Below, one piece after another: positions 55,402 to 64,000 of a stretch of DNA of 64,000 nt (its first letter is position 1; every line of letters begins with the position of its first letter). The notes under the pieces are model-generated. The model saw only the letters and a program-made list of their open reading frames with translations, did not search any database and had not been told where the DNA came from. Location of the stretch: NCBI GenBank assembly GCA_039589315.1, contig JBDHHQ010000003.1, positions 32,001-96,000 on the forward strand. The letters run 5' to 3'. Made by a program: the position numbers and the translations under genes. Source of the DNA: Gemmatimonadota bacterium. GTDB lineage: Bacteria; Gemmatimonadota; Gemmatimonadetes; Longimicrobiales; Gaopeijiaceae.

Positions 55402-58400
55402 TCAGGGAATGAGGCCGGCCTGGAGGTTGAACTGTCCCCAGATCCCGAACTGCACCTGAGAGGAGCCGGCCCGGGTGCCGATGAAGGACTGACGATCGCT
55501 GAAGGTGAGGTTGAGCCCCATCTCGAACTGCTGAACCGCTGTGTCCACGGACACGTTCAGCGTGCGGTTGATCTGGTCGACGAACGCCGTACACGCCCCC
55601 TGGCCGGCGGTGACGCGACAGTCGAACTGGGAGGCGTACTGGAACCTGGCGATGAGCTGGATCGGCCGGTCGAGCCGTTCGCGCAGCCGCCCCGGCGGCC
55701 TGAACGAGGATGACACCGATACGTTGTGTGTCTGCCGCTCGCGTTCGGTGTCGCCGGCCGGATCGCGCCCCTCACCTCGCTGGAAGCTGCCCGAGTAGGA
55801 GGTGCTGACGTTGCCGGCCCACGTGATCGAGAGGTTGACCGGGATGCGGCGGTCCTCCTGGACCCGTAGCTGCTCGGCCGTTCCCCCCTGATCCGACTCC
55901 CGCCGCACCTCCTGGAATCCGGACGCCAGGGTGAGTCGCCTCACGACCGCGGACGCGATGCCGGGCAAGGTGAGGTTGGCGAAGCCGGCTTGCACGTCGG
56001 GCCACGTCCGCTCTTGATTCCCACGGCCGATCCGCTTGTCCAGGCTGTTCACGTTGGAACGGGCGTACTGCACGTCCACCGAGAAGCTCAGGGGCAGTTG
56101 GAGGCCCGAGGCCAGGGTCAACGACTCGCGATCCGTCACGAACGAGGCCGTGTCCCCGTCCAAGAAGCGGAACTGCTCCCGCCCGCCGAGTCCCAGCTGA
56201 TATCCGGCCCCGGGGTCCACGAGCTGGCGGCTGAAGCGGGACGTGATTCCGTCCAGCCAAGTGACCCGGAAGGGCGCCAGCGCCTGGAGCACCCACCGAC
56301 CGGCGCCGGTGAGCGCGGACTCGCCGTCCCGGGGTGCGTCGCCCAGCGCCGAACGAGCGAGGACCCGGGAATCCAGGGTCATGCCGGCGCGCCGATCCCG
56401 CTGGCTGTTCGCGTTCCGCCCGAGGGTAGACACCGTATCCGCGATCACGATCACCGAGTCGCCCTGCATGACGCTGTCCACCGGTGTGATGGTGGTCTGG
56501 ACGAAGGACGGGTTGCGGTCGGACCGGTAGCTGGTGTTCATCCCGAGGTCGAAACGCAACCAGTCCGTGACGCTTGGCCTCCAGCCGAGCTGAGTCCGCA
56601 CGACGCGGTTCGTCTCCCAGCCCACGTCCAGCCCGAGGAAGCGCGAACGTTCCTCGGCGATGACCCCCTGAGCCACGGTGTCGCGAATGGACTCGGCGGG
56701 CGGCAGCAGGTCCCGGGTCTCCGCGATCGCGAGGGAGGCGGTCAGCGACGCGAAGGGCCGGAGCGACAGGTCGGCGGTCGTCTCCAGGCCCTCGCGCGGA
56801 GAGAGCGTGGCGCTCACGATGCTGTCCCTCGGCAGCTCCAGGATCTGCTCGAACCGGAACGCCTCGTTGTCCTGACGGTTGTATGTGGCGCGCAAAGAGA
56901 AGCGGTCCGGCGTCCAGCGAAGCCGGCTGGCCAGGATCTGCTCCTCGAGCTGGCGGGGGAACAGAAAGCGGATGACCGGCTCCAAGAAGGACGGGATGTA
57001 ATCCAACTCCCGGGCGTCCAGGACACGGCCGTATCCGATGGCTCCGTCCAGCCCGGACGAGAGGCTGCTTGACGTCACGGTGGTCGATTGGGCAGAGGCG
57101 TAGCCGAGGCGGGCATCGAGACCGTCCAGCAGGATGGAGCCGATCGTGCTCGCCGTGGGGGTCCGTTTCCGGAACGCCATCTGCACCCGCGTCCGCCTCG
57201 ACCCCGTTTCCCGGAGGTTCGGGATCTCACCCGCCTGGATGTCGCTCTGAGGGAGGAAGAACGGATCCAGCCCCGTGGACGTGTGCTGCACCGTCAAGGG
57301 GATCTCCAGCCCCCACGGCGCAGGGGCGAAGCGTCCGAGCTGGAGGGTCGAGTTGACGCTCACGAGCTGGTCGCTCTGGTAGGAAGGGTCCGCCTTCAGC
57401 TGCCTGAAGAACGCGCCCCGGTCGGAGACCGACAGCCGGGCCGTGAGGACGTCGGCCGCCTGCAGATCCACGTCCACGTAGCCGGCGAGCCCAGGGTCGC
57501 GGACGCCCCCGGAGAGCCGGAACTCGTTGATCCAGAGCTCGCCCTCGATGGGAATGTCGCTCTGATTCAGCACACCGAGGGACATCTCCCGGACGGCATA
57601 CAGGTTCGGCGCCCGCCCACGGTCCCTGAGGACCACCGCGTACGTCGAATCCGCGCTCCACACCTCCCGGGGCGCATCTCCCGTGGCCAGGGGATTCAGG
57701 ATCAGCTCCTCCTCCGCCTGCCGGCGCAGGTCGAACCAGACCTCGAAGTCGATCACGTGCTCGGGCACCCAGTCGACGGGGGTCACAGCTTCCGGGTTCG
57801 CGGCAGGCGTGAGACGAGAGCGGTAGAGGTAGAAGTTCTCGGAGTCGTTGCCGACCTTCACGAAGAAATGGACCGGCAGCGCGGGATCCCAGTCCCCGTC
57901 CCGGGCCACGGCCCAGATTCGGGCCTGCCGGTAGGTGAGGAAGTTCCTGGGCCGTTGGGGGAAGCGGTTGAAGACCTCGACCCGCTCGCCGGGAGCCACC
58001 CCGTCGTACGTCAGGCCCAGAGACTGCTCGTTGAACTCGACGGAAATGGCGCCGAGGGCCGACGTGGGGTTGTCCAACTCCTCGAGCACGCCGGGTGGAG
58101 ACGAGTAGGCACCGCCCTTCGTCAGGCTGCTGGCCGGGCTCACCTCGAGTCTGCCGCCGCTGCCGAGGGTGTCTCCGCCCAGCCCACGCACGATCCCCGT
58201 CTGGGCCCGCTTCACCCAGCGGGAGCCCACCAGCTTCATCCGGGTGAGGAGCACCGCGTTCGACGCGGACGCGACGAACGTGATCCGGATGTGCTTCACC
58301 GAGCGCCAGTCTGCGTCCGTGACCAGGCCGTCCACGTTCGTCCCGTTCTCGCCCCGGAGCGCGAGACGGTACAGCTCGAAGTCGGTGCCGGTCTCGCCCT

Positions 58401-61400
58401 TGCCCCTAGCCAGGAACGGCGAAGTCCCATCGAAGGCCACGACGTAGCGGTAGTACCGCTCGGCGCCGTCCAGATTCCCGTTGCCGTCCAGGTCCTCGGT
58501 GTCCGCCCGCCCGTTGCCGCGCGTGCAGTTGGCCTCGGGAGCACCCACGATGTAGATGGTGCCGGGCGTGGCCAGGCAGTCCTCACCCCAGTTGCCCCGT
58601 GCGTCCGCCTGATCGCTCCACACTTCGCCGACGCTGAGCTGCGCCTCCTCGTCCCGGAGGCCCAGCCCCCAGGCCTGGCCGTTTTCCTTGACGCCGCTGG
58701 TGGCCCCGGCCGAGTCCACGAAGAACGCGTCCTCGCTCGCGCGGCCGACGTCGATGATCATGACGACCGAGTCCTCCTCCGCCACGCTGGCGTAGAACTC
58801 GAGGAACTCCATCCGCGTCAGGTCGAGCCCCGTCGTGCTCAACACCGTGGTGAAGGACGCCCATTTGTCGCGGGTGAGGTCCTCGTCGGCGCCCACGGTG
58901 GCCAGCATCACCTGATCCCGGGTGTTCGTCCCGGCTACGTTGATCTGCTGGTCGATGTCCTGGGGGAAGATCCCCTCGAACACCCGCCCGTCGGGCTGTA
59001 CCCAGGCGTGTTGCCACGTCAGCGTCGTCTTGTCCGTCTCGTCCAGCGCGGGCGGGAGGACCGTGCCCGCCCCGTCACGACGTCCGGGCACGCTGCCCAG
59101 TCTCCAGGACGTGCTGAGCACCGAGAGCGGCACGTCGGCGTTCCCGTCGAAGTCGTCGATGTAGACGTCACCCTGGGTGTTGGGGTTCGGCAGGGACATG
59201 GCCAGCTCGCCGGCCACACGGATCGATGAGGTCCCCGAATAGTGCAGGGCCGGTACCCGGTCCAGGAACCGGTCCAGCCACGAGGCACCGAAGTCCAAGC
59301 GTCCGTTGACGCCCCCCAGCGCCACGGCTTTCGGCTCCACGCCCAACTGAGGCCGCCGGACCAAGGCCTTCTCCCGCTGGAACAGCCCCAGGAGATTGAG
59401 GCTGCCACGCTCACCCATCTCGTAGTCCGCGTTGAAGCCGAAGACCGACGTGGGGGCGATCTGGAAGACCGTCTTCTGCTCCCAGGTGGCCCGGATGTCC
59501 GCGTTCGGCGCCACGGCGAAGAGGTTCTGGGCGTCCAGGAGGGTCACCTGCCCCACGTCGTAGTCGATGATGTAATCGACACGTGGCACCAGGAGCCGTT
59601 CTCCGAGGGAGATCCGCTCGCTGCCGTCCCGGATCCCCAGCGCACCGAGATTGAACGTGGAAACGAGGCCCTCGCTCCGCACGCGAAACGGAATCGTGAG
59701 GCGGAAGAGACCGCCGCCGGCCCGCTCCACCGGGTCCGGCGACTCGTAGATGACGCCGTTCGCGTCGTCACCGAGGATCGCCTTGGTGTCCTCGGCGGAC
59801 AGGTTGAGTGAGGGAACCGGCGGAGGATCCAGGAACGGCTGCAGCGTTCGGAACACCAGGAAGGTGCCGGACACGGGTGGCTGCTCCTGGAAGGAGTCGT
59901 CGACGGGCCGGTAGACCTGCGCCCGATCGAGCCGGTCGAACGGGGACTCCTCGTCGAGGCCGAAGAGCTTGAGGAAGGTGATGTCCTCGCCTGTGGGGGA
60001 CCGCTTGAAGGTGCGGCCCGCCCCGAGCTCGCCCAGGGAGACGGTGACGTCGACCGAGTTCACTTCCACGTCGTTGGAGCCCGAGATGCGATACACGTGG
60101 TGCATCTCCAGGGGCCAGGTCGGGGTGCCGGGTTGATGGCTCGCCCCGGAAGCCTTCAGGAGCTGGAGCCGCGGGCGGATCCCCTGGTTGTGGAGGCGCT
60201 CGGGGTTGTAGTCCCCGATGGAGTCCCCGGTGGCGGTGATGTAGGTCACCGCCAACATCTCGTCTCGCCGCAGGGGACTCCGCAGGGCGACCCAGAGGCC
60301 GCTGGGGTGGACGAAGTAGTCCGCGTCGGGCTGGAGGTAGCGGAACCACCCCGATTCCTGGATGGTGTCTCCGTCCAGCACCGCGAATCCGTCGGCCTGG
60401 ATGTAGCCCTGGACCTGCTGGCTCGTGATGGGGTCGTTCTCGAATCGGTAGACCTGTACCTGCTCGGTGCCGGGCACCAGCTCGGGAGGAGCCCGGGATC
60501 CGTCGAGGGACAGGATGTCGAAGTGCGGGTAGTCCTGGATCTCTGCCGGATCGAAGAGGAAGAAGTACTGGCCCTCCACGTAATCGGCGTCGTCCAGGAC
60601 CAACGTGTCCTCCTGCACGAAGGCCTGCTGCCCACCCGCACCGCTGAGCCGGAACTCCCGGGTGGAAAGGTCCCCCTTCTGCTGCGCCCACACGGCCTGG
60701 AAGTCCACGGGCCCGAGCTGTCCCGTGGTCTGGAAGCCGAAGTTCCCGGCCGGGATGCCCTCGGTGAGAAAGCGAGAGTTCGGGGGCAGCTGGTAACTGA
60801 CGTCACCCACTTCCAGGCGCTGGAGGATCTCGTCCTCGAGGCCCTGATAGTAGACGTTGATGTTGTTCGCAGCGGAGAACTCACGCGTCTGGTCGAAGTC
60901 CACGTTCACGTGGACCCTCTCCGATACGGTCCCGGCCACCTGCAGCCCGAACTGCAGCTCCGGGGTCAAGCGGGGGATGATGGGCGCGTTGCACGTGAAC
61001 TGAAGGCCGGTGTCGCAGGGGCGAAACGAGGTCCAGTCCCCGCCCATCTCGGCCCGGCCCCGGAGGCGCATCTGGAGGTCGGTGTATTGCGCGAAGAGGT
61101 CCTGCAGGGCGGCACCCGTGTCCAGACTGTCCCGTTCTTCCTCGGGCTCTCGAACGGGCTCGGGGGGGAGGAACGCTACCGTGTCCGCCTCCACTTCCCC
61201 TGCCGCTTCGGGATCGCCGGCCACCGGGCGCCCCACTCGAGGACTCAGCTCCACGGCCAGCCCCGACGACGAGGGCCTGGCCAGAGGGGCGAACCAGGGG
61301 CTGTCGGCCCCCGGCACCGCCGGAAGCTCGATTGCGAAGGGAAGCGGCATCCGCCGAAGGCCCAACTGCAGGAGCGGCGGCTCTGCCTCCGCCGCCTCCT

Positions 61401-61674
61401 GCGGTGGGCCTGCCTGGGGCGAAGTCGGCTCGGAAGCGGCAGCGGAGTCCAGGGCCGGTGCCGCGGCTGCCGAGTCGGCCACGGGCGTCGCCAGCGAATC
61501 GGCGCTCTGGCCTCGTGCCCCCGGGGCCGACAACAGAAGGAGCAGCATCCCCACGACCGGGACGATCGGCCGTCGCCCGGCGGGTGGGCCCGCGGCGGCG
61601 CCTGCCGGACCGGACGACGCTCCGGGGTGTAACGGGGGTGTTGAGGGGGGTGCTCTGTACCGCTCTAGAGTCAC
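55402..61674 (-). CDS. sprA: SprA/Sov-like giant outer-membrane beta-barrel (T9SS translocon homolog)
   Basis: 2090 aa; GTVSERVHVNVDFDQTREF..NNINVYYQGLEDEILQRLEVGDV, DYIIDYDVGQV, VYIDDFDG, TEDLDGNGNLD, GELWINEFRL, GYVDVDLQAADV resemble SprA repeats; amphipathic beta-strand C-terminus; true start may lie somewhat downstream of 61674. Confidence 0.8.
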   Translation of the reverse strand: MTLERYRAPPSTPPLHPGASSGPAGAAAGPPAGRRPIVPVVGMLLLLLSAPGARGQSADSLATPVADSAAAAPALDSAAASEPTSPQAGPPQEAAEAEPPLLQLGLRRMPLPFAIELPAVPGADSPWFAPLARPSSSGLAVELSPRVGRPVAGDPEAAGEVEADTVAFLPPEPVREPEEERDSLDTGAALQDLFAQYTDLQMRLRGRAEMGGDWTSFRPCDTGLQFTCNAPIIPRLTPELQFGLQVAGTVSERVHVNVDFDQTREFSAANNINVYYQGLEDEILQRLEVGDVSYQLPPNSRFLTEGIPAGNFGFQTTGQLGPVDFQAVWAQQKGDLSTREFRLSGAGGQQAFVQEDTLVLDDADYVEGQYFFLFDPAEIQDYPHFDILSLDGSRAPPELVPGTEQVQVYRFENDPITSQQVQGYIQADGFAVLDGDTIQESGWFRYLQPDADYFVHPSGLWVALRSPLRRDEMLAVTYITATGDSIGDYNPERLHNQGIRPRLQLLKASGASHQPGTPTWPLEMHHVYRISGSNDVEVNSVDVTVSLGELGAGRTFKRSPTGEDITFLKLFGLDEESPFDRLDRAQVYRPVDDSFQEQPPVSGTFLVFRTLQPFLDPPPVPSLNLSAEDTKAILGDDANGVIYESPDPVERAGGGLFRLTIPFRVRSEGLVSTFNLGALGIRDGSERISLGERLLVPRVDYIIDYDVGQVTLLDAQNLFAVAPNADIRATWEQKTVFQIAPTSVFGFNADYEMGERGSLNLLGLFQREKALVRRPQLGVEPKAVALGGVNGRLDFGASWLDRFLDRVPALHYSGTSSIRVAGELAMSLPNPNTQGDVYIDDFDGNADVPLSVLSTSWRLGSVPGRRDGAGTVLPPALDETDKTTLTWQHAWVQPDGRVFEGIFPQDIDQQINVAGTNTRDQVMLATVGADEDLTRDKWASFTTVLSTTGLDLTRMEFLEFYASVAEEDSVVMIIDVGRASEDAFFVDSAGATSGVKENGQAWGLGLRDEEAQLSVGEVWSDQADARGNWGEDCLATPGTIYIVGAPEANCTRGNGRADTEDLDGNGNLDGAERYYRYVVAFDGTSPFLARGKGETGTDFELYRLALRGENGTNVDGLVTDADWRSVKHIRITFVASASNAVLLTRMKLVGSRWVKRAQTGIVRGLGGDTLGSGGRLEVSPASSLTKGGAYSSPPGVLEELDNPTSALGAISVEFNEQSLGLTYDGVAPGERVEVFNRFPQRPRNFLTYRQARIWAVARDGDWDPALPVHFFVKVGNDSENFYLYRSRLTPAANPEAVTPVDWVPEHVIDFEVWFDLRRQAEEELILNPLATGDAPREVWSADSTYAVVLRDRGRAPNLYAVREMSLGVLNQSDIPIEGELWINEFRLSGGVRDPGLAGYVDVDLQAADVLTARLSVSDRGAFFRQLKADPSYQSDQLVSVNSTLQLGRFAPAPWGLEIPLTVQHTSTGLDPFFLPQSDIQAGEIPNLRETGSRRTRVQMAFRKRTPTASTIGSILLDGLDARLGYASAQSTTVTSSSLSSGLDGAIGYGRVLDARELDYIPSFLEPVIRFLFPRQLEEQILASRLRWTPDRFSLRATYNRQDNEAFRFEQILELPRDSIVSATLSPREGLETTADLSLRPFASLTASLAIAETRDLLPPAESIRDTVAQGVIAEERSRFLGLDVGWETNRVVRTQLGWRPSVTDWLRFDLGMNTSYRSDRNPSFVQTTITPVDSVMQGDSVIVIADTVSTLGRNANSQRDRRAGMTLDSRVLARSALGDAPRDGESALTGAGRWVLQALAPFRVTWLDGITSRFSRQLVDPGAGYQLGLGGREQFRFLDGDTASFVTDRESLTLASGLQLPLSFSVDVQYARSNVNSLDKRIGRGNQERTWPDVQAGFANLTLPGIASAVVRRLTLASGFQEVRRESDQGGTAEQLRVQEDRRIPVNLSITWAGNVSTSYSGSFQRGEGRDPAGDTERERQTHNVSVSSSFRPPGRLRERLDRPIQLIARFQYASQFDCRVTAGQGACTAFVDQINRTLNVSVDTAVQQFEMGLNLTFSDRQSFIGTRAGSSQVQFGIWGQFNLQAGLIP

Positions 61675-61728
61675 GCTAGGATACGCCGAGCCCAGAGCCG
61701 GTCTGTCCGGTCCCAGTATCGAAGGCGG

Positions 61729-63168
61729 ATGGGGATTCTCACCAGATATCTAATTCGCTCCCACGTGGGGCCGTTCCTCTTCGCCCTGTCCGCGCTCACC
61801 GGGTTGTTGTTCGTCAACGCCATTGCACAGAGGCTGGAGGATCTGTTCGGCAAGGGGCTGGGTTGGAACACGATCGCGGAATTCGCGTTGCTGTCCCTCC
61901 CCCACACCGTGGCTCTCACCCTCCCAATGGCCGTGTTGGTGGCCGTTCTGTACACCTTCTCCACCCTCACGGCGGCCAACGAGCTCACGGCCATGTCCGC
62001 GGGCGGGGTCCGGCCGATGCGGCTGATGATCCCCATGTTGGGTGTAGGACTAATTCTGGCGCTCGGCATGCTGTACTTCAATGATCGGGTGCTTCCGGCA
62101 TCCAACCATCGACTCGCCGGCCTCCTCCTGGACATAGGTCAGAAGAGCCCCACGTTCCAGCTGCGGGAGCAGGTGCTGAACGAGATCGACGCCGAGGACG
62201 GCCGCAGCAAGTTCTTCCTCCAGGCCGCCCAGATCGATCCGGTGACGAACCAGCTGGCCGATGTGGTGATCTACGATCGGAGCCGCCCGGAGCGCTTCCG
62301 CACCATCTACGCCGACCGGGGCATCATGGCCTTCAACGCGCACCGGACGGACCTGTTCCTCACGCTCTCCGACGGGGTGGTCCTCCAAGCGGGCGAGGCA
62401 CGGCCGGAGGAGTTCCAGCGCATCCTCTTCGATCGACAGGTCATCCCGCTCCGTGGCGTCGGCGACGAGCTGGAGCGGCAGCGGGAGCGGGAGCAGCGCA
62501 GCGACAGGGAGATGACCATCCCCATGCTGGCCGAGGAAGCCCGGAACCGTGACGAGCAGCTCACGGAGATCGCGGCCGAGTCGTATCGGCGGTCGCGCTG
62601 GGCCGTCGAGCGGGCGCTCGGGCTCACGGATGCCCCGCCCGACTCCATGACGGAGGAAGCCGCGGCGGCCATGCAGATCCCCATCGAGAGGCGATCGGAC
62701 GGGAGCCTCCCGGCCGATCCGGTGATCCGCAACGTCTCCCTGAATCTTCGCACGCAGGCGAGCCGTCAGCAGGTCATGCGCCAGTCCGCGAACCGCTTCC
62801 GGGTCGAGATCCACAAGAAGTTCAGCCTCTCTTTCACCTGTCTGGTATTCGTGCTCATCGGCGCACCCCTGGCGATCCGGTTTCCCCGGGGCGGGGTTGG
62901 CATGGTGATCGCCTTCGCGCTCATGATCTTCGGCGTGTACTGGGTCGGGCTCATCGGAGGCGAGCGCATGGCCGACCGGGGTACGGTGACCCCCTTCGCG
63001 GCCATGTGGCTGCCGAACCTGATCTTCCTGATGCTGGGCGCGCTCGGCGCCCGGCAGATGGGGCAGGAGGCCGGCAACAACCGGGGCGGGAGCTGGGAGG
63101 AGGTCTCTTGGACCGTCCGCCAGGCGCTCGTCCGTCTGGTTCCCCGAGCGGCCAGGCGAACGACGTGA
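61729..63168 (+). CDS. lptF: LPS export ABC permease LptF-like
   Basis: ILTRYLIR, LTLPMAVLVAVL, NELTAMSAGG, VLPASN, VEIHKKFSL, IGAPL, AMWLPN. Confidence 0.88.
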   Translation: MGILTRYLIRSHVGPFLFALSALTGLLFVNAIAQRLEDLFGKGLGWNTIAEFALLSLPHTVALTLPMAVLVAVLYTFSTLTAANELTAMSAGGVRPMRLMIPMLGVGLILALGMLYFNDRVLPASNHRLAGLLLDIGQKSPTFQLREQVLNEIDAEDGRSKFFLQAAQIDPVTNQLADVVIYDRSRPERFRTIYADRGIMAFNAHRTDLFLTLSDGVVLQAGEARPEEFQRILFDRQVIPLRGVGDELERQREREQRSDREMTIPMLAEEARNRDEQLTEIAAESYRRSRWAVERALGLTDAPPDSMTEEAAAAMQIPIERRSDGSLPADPVIRNVSLNLRTQASRQQVMRQSANRFRVEIHKKFSLSFTCLVFVLIGAPLAIRFPRGGVGMVIAFALMIFGVYWVGLIGGERMADRGTVTPFAAMWLPNLIFLMLGALGARQMGQEAGNNRGGSWEEVSWTVRQALVRLVPRAARRTT

Positions 63169-64000
63169 TTCGCATCCTCGACCGCCTCGTCGCCAGGACG
63201 TTCCTCCGGATCTTCATCATCTTCATCCTGGGGGCGCCTGGTCTCTTCATCCTGGGGGACGTCACCGAGAAGCTGCACCGGTATCTGGACCGGGGGCTGA
63301 GCCTGGCCGACGTGGCCATGGGCTACCTGTACCAGATGCCGCTCTTCATCCTCTGGTCCTTCCCGATCGCGGCCCTGATCGCTGCGGTGTTCACCGTCCA
63401 GGGCATGACCGTCCACCGGGAGGTCGTGGCCGCCAAGGCCGGGGGCATCTCGTTCCACCGCCTCATCTTCCCGCTCGCGGTGCTGGGAGTCGGTTTGACC
63501 GGTGCGGCCCTCTACCTCACGGACATCGTTCCGGAGTCGAACAAACGGGCCGGACAGATCTTCCGCAACGAGGATCCCCGCCGGGAGTGGCGGTCCAACT
63601 TCGTATACCGGGCCTTTGACGGACGGACGCTGTCGGCGCGGCGCCTCACGGTCTCCAACGGACGGCTGGCCGGGTTGGCCATGGAGTCGGCGGGCTCGGA
63701 CCTGGAGCCCAGCCGCCATACGACGGCCGAAGAGGCCGTGTGGGACAGCACCAGCGGCTCTTGGACCCTGCTCAACGGGTACTACCGGCAATTCACGCCG
63801 GAGGGCCAGGAGATGGCGTTCCGCTTCGACGCCCTCCAACCGCGCTCGTTCACCGAGCGGCCCGACGAGCTGGTGGAGACACCGCCCCATGAAGACGAGA
63901 TGACGTACGCGGAGATGGGCCGGCTGGTGTCGATCATCGAGCGGACCGGGGGCGACGCCCGCCGGCTGCGCGTCCTCAGGGAGCAGAAGCTCGCGATCCC
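63165..64000 (+). CDS. lptG: LPS export ABC permease LptG-like (3' truncated by window end)
   Basis: GTG 63165 overlapping the lptF stop; IRILDRLVARTF, FPIAALIA, EVVAAKAGGISFHR, ends ...EQKLAI. Confidence 0.85.
   Translation, partial: MIRILDRLVARTFLRIFIIFILGAPGLFILGDVTEKLHRYLDRGLSLADVAMGYLYQMPLFILWSFPIAALIAAVFTVQGMTVHREVVAAKAGGISFHRLIFPLAVLGVGLTGAALYLTDIVPESNKRAGQIFRNEDPRREWRSNFVYRAFDGRTLSARRLTVSNGRLAGLAMESAGSDLEPSRHTTAEEAVWDSTSGSWTLLNGYYRQFTPEGQEMAFRFDALQPRSFTERPDELVETPPHEDEMTYAEMGRLVSIIERTGGDARRLRVLREQKLAI

Noticed and set aside
69..63890. Many long antisense or alternate-frame ORFs in the track (e.g. 6569-8347+, 9581-11428+, 44315-46054+, 53040-54884+, 57088-59229+)
   Set aside because: They shadow well-supported genes, lack family motifs and are Arg/Pro/Gly-rich, as expected from stop-codon scarcity at high GC.

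Overview
High-GC (roughly 70% by eye) bacterial chromosomal segment. Gene content and order suggest Gemmatimonadota or a related FCB-group lineage (inference). It is dominated by a mostly minus-strand type IVa pilus super-cluster in two parts. The first is sprA-like/comEA/pilB/pilT/pilC (61.7-50.4 kb). After a ~16 kb block of unrelated genes comes the second: HisKA-only protein/pilS/pilR/GT2/TMTC-like GT-C/pilA/second sigma54 two-component system/two FimT-PilV-PilW-PilX minor-pilin sets/pilMNOPQ/911-aa lipoprotein. This runs into housekeeping genes aroC-aroK-topA-trmFO-xerC-hslVU-argF-gcvT. lptF and lptG diverge at the right end. No rRNA, tRNA, CRISPR array or mobile element was seen. The most interesting signals are: (1) a 2090-aa SprA/Sov (T9SS translocon)-like gene heading the comEA-pilBTC unit with no other T9SS genes in the window; (2) a eukaryote-like TMTC O-mannosyltransferase homolog plus a Dol-P-Man-synthase-like GT2 directly upstream of a Ser/Thr-rich major pilin; (3) two alternative pilus-tip sets with large beta-solenoid PilX proteins, no PilY1, and an apparent in-frame deletion in one FimT; (4) readable cis-regulatory logic (sigma54, IHF, enhancer palindromes, a shared TCTGGCA-NTN-TGC box); (5) a GAF protein with a cyclase-like C-terminus. 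All assignments come from motif recognition by eye; no searches were run.
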